Source of the DNA: Antedon mediterranea
Taxonomy: Eukaryota > Animalia > Echinodermata
DNA length: 64,000 nt
Direction of reading: 5' to 3'
Assembly (NCBI RefSeq): GCF_964355755.1
Contig: NC_092670.1
Span: forward strand, 17,594,795 to 17,658,794
The position numbers and the translations under genes are program-made. Position 1 is the stretch's first letter, and each line of letters starts with the position of its first letter. The notes beneath the pieces were generated by a model, which was not told the DNA's origin, ran no database searches, and was given only the letters and a program-made list of their open reading frames with translations. Below, piece by piece: positions 1 through 11,500 of the stretch.

Positions 1-2521
1 TTGAACGAGATGATCATCATCTTATAGAAGTTGACGAGTGTACACGACATGTGCTAAACTCCTTGAGAATAGCACCACAATGAGTTAATGTTAGCCTATC
101 AGGAACTACATCTAACACTAACATATGTGTATACAGTACACAATCAAGAGTGTGTACAGTTGGCTATATGAACGGCGACAATAAAAGCGCTTTAATGACG
201 TTGCTATAAAAACGACCATAAATCGTCACCGCCTCGTTTCAGTTGTATCTACGACTATAATATACATATTTATTGTATTTATAGTGAATTTATATACGTA
301 TGTACTAGGTTACTAATTATTATGCATAAAGGTGTATTTTCTGTATTGAAAAAAATTGTTTTTAGTAAAAAAAAATCGTTTATTCTGAAAATAATCAGAA
401 TTTTTTTTCCAAATCTTAATAATGAATTGTAGAAAACTATTTATAATGTTATACATATAGTTATTAGTTACTTTTACCACATATAGGACCTATAAATCCA
501 AAACCGTTTACCCCGTTTCGTTTAAACACTCCGAAAACACTTTTTAACAACTTTTAAAATAGTTTTACAAAACTTTTTCCAAGTAAAGAAAGTTTTCGCG
601 CATGCGCTTGTAATTAACCAATCAAGCATGACAATTCTTAACAATAAAGTAGAATGAAAGAGGGAGACATCTAGCTATGTAACATAGCAATGCACAGTCT
701 TATGTCAATCGGGTGTCGGCGGGAAAAGTACCGTCTGTTTGACGTTGAATTTACTCTATACCCAGCTGTGAAACAGGACGTGTGCCTAAAAATATAATTA
801 TTTTTTTTAGAAATTAAAGCAAAATATTACAATAATCAATTATTGTTGTATTATGATTACAGGAATTAAAGGTCCAAATAAGGCAATACCAATGCATCTT
901 ATTCTTCGAAATGACTTAGAAATGTTGCTTATTGTCAAGAGAGACTTAAGTAAACAGACAAGTAAAATAAATTCATTTAAAATAATCTTATTTAAAATTA
1001 ATTAAATTCGAATGTTCTTACGGTTAATCATGAACTTTTATTTCATACTATACCGGCACTTGTATTATTTCATTATTCATTAAAACGATGACTTACGCGT
1101 AAGACCTCAATGATGCGCTCTTCTATTCGGCTCTAATTATTATAAATTAAGTTAAATGCAATTATCAATACTTTAATAGAATTAATCGAAAACTGCAGCA
1201 TCATCAGAACAACAAAACACAACTGTAAAATATGAAAAAGAAAATATTATCGGGAACACAAGGCCATTATGCCGTATTGGTTGGTATAATCATGGAGTAA
1301 AGAAACTCCATGGTATAATATTAAATTATAGTTGCCCCTTAATAGACACAGTGTTTTTCTGAAATGAAAACTTACGTTTGAAATATATTTGAGATTGAGT
1401 TATATTGTGAGAATTTTAACTGAAGTCAGTTAATCTCCTTAGTTATAATTAATTCATTGTTTTGGATATTGATATTGACTGTTCACGAACACACAAACGC
1501 AACCAACACACAGTGTAGAGTAGATATTTCACAATAACGCAACCAACACACAGTGTGTAGAGTAGATATTTCACAATAATACCACTGATGATTTTTAATG
1601 TCACATATCATTGAGGAAAACAATTTAGAAAACAAATATAGACTTACTTAATCGAGAAGAATGACTAATAATATGTTGATTTTGTCGCGCGTTGAGGTTG
1701 TAAAATGGTAAGGATGGAAAAAGACCTTTAGGGTTACGTACCAGCTGATCGAGGCACGTCAAATTGAATAGCGACCGGAAACAAGGTTGGATTTAAATTT
1801 AGACACAAACCATACGACGCAATGTGATGATTATATCACTCGGAGAATTGAACGACCAATTGTCACACGTGACTCTAGTACAATTTGACACGGTATTAAC
1901 ACACCGTGAATACAGGTGTTTTTATTGCAATAGGTCTAGCGTATATCATCGGTAGAGTACGAATAAAATAAAAAGATATTGAAAAAGTAATTTACATTAT
2001 ACACAGTTTAGAGGCAAAGCGGATACATACCGCTCGGATTGAATCCCAAAGCCCGCAGTATTCAAACTTAAAACTTTGAGTTAGTTAATCTCTGAATAAC
2101 ACGCAACACAATAAGCAACATAATAAAATAATAAGTGATATGCCCATAATATATTGAAGAAGGCCCATTAATTTTTGTTTCATTGTTCTAATGCTATTGT
2201 AAGCCTACGTCCTTGAAAATCTTTATGAACTAAAGGAAAAATTATATATGTTTACCAATTTTCCCGTGTTCTTATGATAGATGTAACCATAAAGAAATAA
2301 TACTGACTTTAAACTTTAAGTTTAAACAGAAAGTTTGCAAAGAAAAGGAAGAAAGAAAACAATTATTTACCTTGAGGGCGCTAACTTGTGTAATTGAGCA
2401 TGCGTAGTAAGGTAAAAAGAAAGCCTAACAAAATGGCTTGTGATTAAAAACAAGCTTTTGGACAGTGGTCAAAATGGAGATTTTGGAATCCAAATCTATG
2501 CCTTTTAAGTTATAGTTCGGA

Positions 2522-5500
2522 ATGCAGAAAGAAATGATCGGTGGCTGTTGTGTGTGTGGGGATGAAAGAGGGTGGACGGAGAATCCACTTGTTTATTGTG
2601 ATGGTCACGGTTGCAATGTAGCCGTTCATCAAGGTTGGTCCTTTCTTCTGGGGTTTTGTTCTCGCGGGCTTGGTTTGTTTGTTTCGCATGCGTGATTTCT
2701 GTTTGTACGCCAGGAGGGCGGCCTAGGACCTCAGCCTGTGTTTTCAAAATAAAACTTCCGATTATTATGCTAGCTTAACTTATTTCCTTATTTTTGCAAA
2801 CATGTTATTATATATAGTATATACATTTATAAACCCTGCAGCATAATAAGACAACATTGCATTTAATTGTTGTTTTGGGTGGAAATTTCAAATTTAAGAG
2901 ACTGAATGATTAAATCAGATCTAGAAGTACAGTACGTTTTTTTGTAACTTCTACAGGCCTACTTAGTACTAGTATAGGCTAGACATATTCTCTTGTCCTG
3001 TTTTGTTTATATACAGCTGTCATGTAAATGTTTTCCTTATGATACTATTAAACTAGGCCCTCTATACATATTATTGAATGATAGGTCTACATTGATAACA
3101 TAAAGTTCAATGTTTCTGTAAATATTTTCAAATACATAATTATATTTGCAGCTTGTTATGGAATTGTTTCAGTACCGACTGGACCCTGGTTTTGCCGTAA
3201 ATGTGAATCTCAAGAAAGAGCAGCTAGAGTAGTAAGGATATTCTTTAGTAATTAAATAATAAAACGACAGCACATTTTCATTTGAAGTCTGAGTAGAAAA
3301 CTTAGTTTCGTTTTGCATTTTTTGCTATACCATTTAATCTACAAATTTATTAGAATCATGTCAAAATATTAATCAACAAGGATTTAAAAGTAAACTGAAT
3401 AACGTCAAGGAGACTGTATTAATTTGTTTTATAAAAGTACTTTATAGATAATTAAGTTTATATTATTTAATATTAAATATATTTTCTTCTAGAAATGTGA
3501 CCTTTGCCCTCAAAAGGAAGGTGCGTTGAAGCGTACAGATACAGGAGGTAAGCAGAATTGAAGTATTACGGGATTGTTATTTTAAAAAATAATGTCGGTA
3601 TTACTGAATGTAATGTTTACAAATGTTCTTATTGTTTGTAGGATGGGCTCACGTAGTATGTGCTCTGTACATACCAGAAGTATCATTTGGTGACGTCACT
3701 TCCATGGAACCAATCCAAGTGTCATTTGTCCCTCATGATAGATATAATAAGGTGAAAGCAGGTTCACTCTTCCCCGGTAAAAGAATGTTAGGTTTTTTTT
3801 TGTTTTTTTTTTATTCTCATTTTAGGCAAATTGCCAAGGATTACCACAAGTGAATTCATTCACTATCCTTCTCAAAGGTGGCAATCCCATTCAGAAGACA
3901 AACATATACACAAGATGCTCTACATAAACAAAGACTTATTATTAAGTCTTTGGGAGTGGAGTTGTAAATTGTCATGAGAAAAAAAACCCTGACATATGAC
4001 AGGTTTGCGGTACACCATGTTTTTTAAAAAGGAAATCAAGTGTTGTTGAGAATGTTGCTAAAAACGGTTGGTAATGTTTGGACTTGACGACCTTTTACAA
4101 GCCTTTGAGAACTCTGTTGTGCACACAGGGGATTGTACCCTCATTTTGTGACTACCGCACCACTTTAATTCTTAGACTACAGCACAGGTTGTGTTTATTA
4201 TTTATTTAGGTCTGTTATGTTTGTGAGCAGAAATCAATGGGGACGAAGGCAACAAGTGGGGCATGTATGACCTGTAATAAAAACGGATGTCGTTTATCCT
4301 TCCATGTCACATGGTAAGCTATGAAAAACAGTTGTGTGACAATTTCAGATTTGCTTTCAGTGCCTTTCCAGATTTGTACTGGTTTTGGTAACTGCTCAAA
4401 TCAAAATTGTTTAAATACACACAAATCACACATATGCTAGTAATTTAGAGCACAATTCAATTAAGTAAACAACTAACATTTAAGTTTTGAACAGTTTTGT
4501 ACTGAAATTAAACAAATCTGCCTATTGCTTGAGAAGACATCTGGCCTCAATTTAAATTGCATAGCATCAAAGGCATGTTACTGTGGAATGCCGCCGTTGT
4601 GTACGCTATACTGTGAATCTCAAGTACAAATTAAAAGGTTGCCACACTTTACTCTATGCATAACGGCAGAGAGTACACATAGCCTGCTACTATTAATCAA
4701 TCTTTTTCTTTATTTAGTGCTCAATCTGACGGACTTTTATGTGAAGAAGCTGGTCAATATACAGACAATGTGAAATATACTGGTTACTGCAGTACTCACT
4801 TTCAGAAATTGGTAAGATTACTACAAAGAAAGCAGACCAAATCGGGCGGGAGGCCCACTACGCCTTTATGTTGATTTTTAGACATCACCATTGGAATTTT
4901 ATACATTTTCAAGCCCAGAGCTTTGAATACTTGGGTATTCTTCCAATAATATGCTGCAGAACCTTTGACTTTTAACTAATTTTGGTCTCGTCCCATCTAA
5001 AGTAATTGCATTTTCCCATGAAGTGAATGAGAGTCAAAATATATTTTAACAATACAGGCAAACTATTCTGAGTCTCCAGAGGTGTCTCCTTAATAGCAGT
5101 AGGGTTAGAATTATTGTCGAATTTAATGTTTTTTATCTTTTACAGAAAAAAGACAAAGATATAAAAACAATACCTCCATTCAAACACCCATACAGTATAT
5201 TAACACCTGAGAAAGCAGGTGAACGTGAAAAACAGAAAGTAAATGCTGGTTACGAAAAGTCACGTCAAGGGTTGAACGAAAAATTAAAGAGTGCCGAAAA
5301 GCCACGTGTCAACGTTACTGACAAGTCTAAATGCGGAGTTGAGAAATCACGGCCAGATAAACAAAAGAAACCCGAAAAACATTCAAAATCAATGGAACCA
5401 AAAAGTGATTCCGAAGAAGATGAATCTTTGCCGTCTGTCGCTAATGGTGACGTCAAAGGCAAGTTCACAACAGCTAACTTCACAGAAACTGTCATTCCAA

Positions 5501-8500
5501 CTCCTGCTCTGCCTCCATCGGCAACATTGCTTGAGAAGACATCTGTAAGTAAGGCCAGGAAGACGCATAGCTCTGCTAGTAGTAGTCCGAAATATGGCAG
5601 CATTGATAGTCATGAGAAGCAGCGTGAGACGTGTAGTACACCTAGTAGCCCATCGTCAATCGATGTAGAGAGTGTATCAGTAAGTAGTCGAAGCTTCCAC
5701 AGTAAGTCGGACAGTATGGATAAAATTTCTGAGGCTTCGTCGGGGAAGCCTAACGGAACTCCTTCGGTAACTACGGAAACGGTCATGCAAACTGATCTAC
5801 CACCGTCATTAGAAAGTCCTAAAGATTCTGGAACCGGGCAAACTCCACCGGTGTCAAGCCCGACCTCGTACGAGAATTCATACAAGGAGTTTATGGCAAG
5901 ATACACTAGCATTCCTAATGAAAAGTCAAGAGTACAAGGTTTGAAACTGGCTCGGAGTAAATCTGAAGACTCTGACAAAAAGAAATCAAAATCTGAAAAG
6001 AGGAAAGATAATCAAAAGGTTGGTCGGCCAAAGAAGAAGTACAAGGATCTGCCATCACCATTGAAGAAGGTTAGAAGATCAAGTAGCTCGTCTCACAGCA
6101 GTCCTACTAAGAAATCTGAGCAGTTCACGCTTCTGAATGACATGCATGGATACACAAAAGCATCTCATGGACCACCAAACTCATCAAAATATCCTGTTAA
6201 ACACTTGGATATAGCTGCACTAAGAAATGGCCAAGGTATGTACTGTAACAGAGGAATCTCTCAAAGCTTTTATTCTAACTACTAATTTTTAGGACTCCAT
6301 TCTAGGTTTTACCATGTCATCTTACTCTAGCCCAAACTAATGGTTGTCCTGGAAAGAAGTTCCTTATCATTTAATTAAAAACAATCCTTTAAATTCAAGA
6401 TATGTAACAGAGGTCTCTCTCAAAGCTTTTACTAAATTTTAGGACTCCATTTGATCCGCTGGACTGTGGATTTAATTGTTCTAACCCAAACTATGTTCCT
6501 TTTATAATCTTTTAACTGACATGCGACTACATTTCAGAGCTTTGACAATTCCAAACTAGCAAAACACTGTAACTAAAAACAGCAGTGGCTCTTCTGACCA
6601 GTTTTGAGAAATATTTGTGGAAGCGTTTGGCTGAAGTAGCAAATTTTAAAAAGCATTTTGAATAAACAAGAATGACTATATTCTCTTTCTCGGGCATCCT
6701 TTAGTCAAAATGACTATGGTAAAGATATTGCAGAGCATTTCAGAAAATAAACAAATTAGTATGATTATATAATTATATGAAACCTTATTCCTTCTTGCAA
6801 CAGAGGGTGACGCTACAATCAGGGATGTATTCAACACTGCTGGTCGTAGTGGTATCCTCGTTGGACCTCAACTTCCGCAGCCACCAACAGCTCAAAGAGC
6901 CAGACCCCAAAGGTAAGTTGAATTTTAATTAAATATTCTGATAAAGCAATGCGTAGTGTATTAATCCAAAAATATTTGTTTAGCTTACTTTTTTTTTTCT
7001 TTTTTTTTTTTTTTTTTAAATTTCATACTCATCCAACAGCGAGTAACCCGCCAATTACAGGATGGATAAACAATTTAATAATTTCGCAAGACAAACATAT
7101 ACACAAGATGCTCTTAAATAAAGCTTGATGCTTTATATTATATATATACTTATTGTTTTTTAACCATTTTAAAGGGCCAACTGAGACAAGTATACTTCTA
7201 GGTTGGTCCTCATTATTTGTACTACATTTGATGAAAATAAATATTTGTTTGTTGAATGCTAATCATGTTTAAATAAAATTGTACTTGCAATGTTTGACCT
7301 TGTTTGACAGTGCTGTACAAGCTACAAGTATGGAGGAGTTACTAGAGAGACAGTGGCAGCAAGGATCAGACTTCCTAATGCAACAAGCTAGTCACCTGGA
7401 CAGTAAGTATGCATGCTTATCTTAAATTTATCGGAGTGAGTGTAAAGTCTGAGCTTTTGTCTATTCCTGGTTACGGTATTTTGTTATGATTATCATGTAG
7501 GGGACATTCAACAAAAATTGTTATGTGTACACTGTTTAAAATATAAATCTTCACATAATTAATAATACTGTACACATTATGAATCAAATGGTATTGATCA
7601 TGATAACAATGAATGAATAAAAGTGTTTGTTCACTCCACAAAAAAAAACACCCCAAAGCACTGAAATACACACCATTGTGATTCAATATGTAAATAAATT
7701 GGACTAAAATAGTTTATCATATATTCAATTTTTTTTTGTTAGTTGCCTCGTTAATTTCATGCCTGTACCAGTTACGGCAGGAAAACCATCGGTTAGAGGA
7801 ACGGATCACATCGCTGGAGCAACGAAGGGATCATCTGCTGGCTGTGAATGCACGACTAACGGTACCGTTGCACCAAGGCAACAACCTTTATCCCAATGAA
7901 GACAACTCAGTTAGGCCTCCACGAGTGAATAACATCTACAATCACACTGAACCTAATATCAATCCCGGTCATGCAGTAAGTGCTCACTTGGAGATTGCTT
8001 TCTTTTTATTCTACATACAAAAGTTGAGGGGTGTTTATAGTGTATATTTTATATTCAACATGTTATTGGTGCTTTGTGTCGAAATAAAGAAAAAATATTA
8101 TGATATTGGCTACTTCTCAATATAGTGAATGAATTCATAATTTGTATAAAATGTGCTTAATTTTAGGATTTAAACAGCAGCCACAGTAGTCAAGGAAGTG
8201 CAAACCAATCGCTAAACAACAGTCGAAGCACGCCAATACAATCCAATCGTATCAGTCCAGCGCACGCCAGCACTCAATCGGCTCAAGTACATAATACCTC
8301 TCCACACATTGTGCTTGCCACGTCGCAACCAACATCTGTAATCCAGGGACGAAGCACACCAGTTCATACCAATGCTGGACAAATACATCCAGGACATTCG
8401 CAGATTACAAGCACACAGTTGGCACTGTTGTCCAGTCCAGAAGGTTCCACCGGAAGACCGTCTCATGGAAGGTATCTACTCCTTGATTTGTACATTTATA

Positions 8501-11500
8501 ATGCACTGTTTTACAGTAACACTACCACAAAGAGCAAAGCCTAAAATATAAGTTAAGTTTGTACTAAATGATGTAAAAGTAAACATTGACATATTTTTCT
8601 AGCCCTGAAGGTAGACCGAGAGATCACACATTGATAATGCACCCAGGACGAGGAGGCTCACTACAGCATGCTCCATCAGCTATTCACCAACATATCCTGT
8701 ATCAACAACAACTTGTAAGTTGAACTCTAAATGCCTAATTCCGCTTTTAATGAACGTAAATAATTTTGTATCCAACTTCCTTAGTAAACATAACGGAAAA
8801 TTACTGGAAATAAAGTTTATTAATAAGTGAACCAAAAGGGCATAAGTTCATAAAGAAAACAACAACTTGTAAGTTATTAAGAGTGCTTGTCACCAAAAAT
8901 CAGACATATTCGTAATTTAGTGGCAAGGGTCAAAATTTCGAATTGGCTCATATTTTGCACATTGGTAGACCTTGATGTAAGTAAACCTGATGTGTAGTTT
9001 GTTTGGTAAAATATCGCTTAGTTTTCGAGAAAATCGAAAAATAACGATTTTCGGCCAATTTTGTTAATTTTTGGTGTATAATTTACATTAAGTTTAACAG
9101 CCTCTGGAAGCCAAATTTTACAACCTAGCGTTTTAATATTTTACACTTACGTTAACTAGCATCTTGACAATAATTTAGTAAAGTTTCAAAAAAATTAATG
9201 AAATTCTAATATTTTTACTAATTAATTACTAATTAGCATATATAAAACTCTTTAAAAAGTAGGGTAAAAACAAACGCGTTTTTTTTCATGTGCGACGAAT
9301 TTTTTTTTAATAAAAAAATCGTCAATCTACTGTTTAGGTACTAATATTTATGAATCAAGTAAAAACAATTTGGGGAAACTATTATCCGCTCCGCGCCAGA
9401 GCCACAAAGTTGTAAGAAATTCAAAGATTTTATCTGTCGGCAAGATCAATCAGATGTACCTATTGTTCTCTATTTACAGATTTAAGGTAAATTTTACTAC
9501 GAGAAACAAACTTTAAAGGTAAACTGAAAGGTCCTGAATAATTTGGAATTACGTTTTAATATAAAAACATCTAAAAATAAATTTCTAGTCAAATTTAAAC
9601 GACTGACCCATGAAATTAAGCAATTACTATCTGAGCTCAATATTATAACTCGCTTAGCTTCATCACCTGTTATATTTTCCAGTAGGTGAATTTATTCTTA
9701 TTATTATTATAATATAATAATAATAATATTATTATTTTTTGCACTATACGCGCGCATGCGCAGTTTATTTTTATCAACAAAGTGTTCCCTTTGACGTGCG
9801 CGTATACGCGAAAATGTTTGATTTGCGCGAATAATTTCGCCTAGTGGAAAACAGGCTATATAACATAATGTTCTTATCTTCTCATTATAGGGAGTATTCG
9901 CACAAGCATGTTAACGCTTTTTTCCAAGCTCCGCCCACTTTGTAAACAACTTGCTGTGCGTGCGCAAGCATTACGAAAAACTTTAGTTACGTGCGTCGAG
10001 AACTTTATTTTTTAAAAATAGCGTAAATGAAAACGTTAACCAAAACATGATTAAACATGCCTGGCTAGGCTTAGTCTCTATAAACCCATGATTTGTTTTA
10101 ATACGTGTGGCGTATGTTGCGTGCGCTACACATGCGTTGCGTTCTACACTTCCCGTCGAAGCGCGAAATCAAAACGAGCAAGTACGTTAACGCAAATGTT
10201 CACTGAACTCTGTTGTTATGCAAATGAGTAGAATGGTGACATCCGATAACGTTCATGTGCTCGTGCGAAATTTCCTAATAATTCGTAGCCTAAACAATAA
10301 ATTGTTTGTAAACTTGTAAACCATTGTTTCATCCCTTCGCTTTATTAAAAATTTACAGAATCGTCCCACATATTAAATTGTTATTTTAAAGAATTCTTAC
10401 AGACATAGTTTTACCTTATTTTTTACCTTATGAGTGAGTGAGTGGCCGAGCGGTTAAGACAGTGGAACCGTAATTAAGTAGCCATAACATCGGCAAGGGT
10501 TCGAGGCTCACTCGCTCCATGGTTCTGGTGGTAGAACGAGTCTTCTCGGATAAGGACTATAAACCGTAGGTCCAGTGTAAACATAGCTCATGCGCACTTT
10601 AAAGAACCTTTTTCGAGACGAGTAGGGGGTTACCCCGGTGTACTAGTCCACACAAACACAGCCACTGTCACACACAGCCACTGTGCAAATTGGGACTGGG
10701 CCGTTTTAGAGGTGTTTACCACCTGTTGGTCCAGATCCTTCACTAACTGAGTTAGTGAGAAGTCGAATAAATAAATAAAAAACCTTCATTGCTACCTTAA
10801 TCACTCGAGCAACTGCACATGGAAACCATCTTTTCCAGCAAATCAATGTATGGCTTCTTGCGCTTTATGGTTATATCTGTGGTATCAAGTTCAAGAGAAG
10901 TACACATTTCTTGCAACATTGGCAAAGAGAAGTTGGAGAGTTTTTCTTGAGCTTTCAGTTCACAAATATTATGCTTTCAAACATTATTGGATGCTGCAAG
11001 CCTATTGTGTCCAGTACGGTTTGCGACAAAAGTTGAATTTCTCTTTCCTTTTCCTTCGACTTCGTCACCATCTTCATTACTATCGTAATCATCATCTTCG
11101 TCATCATCATCATCATGAACGGCTGCATCTGTCCTCCTTTTTTTAGCCAAGTGTGAGAAAAAACTTGCAATCTGCTGTTAAAAAATCAGTCTTGCTACTA
11201 AATAGATGTGAACCATCGCTGTACCTGGCCGATCTCATCTCTCGTGAGACATCACATGGATCAGCTTTCTGTCCCGTCTGCTCTCCAGCGTCAAAAACAT
11301 CAATAAGGTAGGTTTTCTGTGGTACAGAAAATCGGGGTTTTTTTTGCAGAGGACTTTAACGCCCAGCCCTTTTGCAGTTTGGGGCCAATGTCAAACCGTG
11401 GCAAATCGTTGGTTCTTGTTGGTTCTGGATTTTTAGAAGTACCCTCTTCTAGTTGTGTTGATTAATTTCATTGCCCTGTCATAAAGTGTTTCATGTTCTA

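Noticed and set aside
1-250. Possible start of a divergent gene (SKIDA1 position in human)
   Set aside because: Only short ORFs with no recognisable similarity; truncated by the window edge.
1496-1579. Local duplications (also 6245-6451, 36193/37047, 57279-57391) and poly-C/poly-G runs (16243, 62824)
   Set aside because: Ordinary slippage or tandem duplications in non-coding DNA with no further structure.
5265-5978. Antisense and alternative-frame ORFs over MLLT10 exon 7
   Set aside because: Shadows of a Ser/Lys-rich coding exon.
10850-11170. His-rich and Met-rich ORFs
   Set aside because: Other frames of the Asp-rich (GAT)n tail of the transposase remnant.
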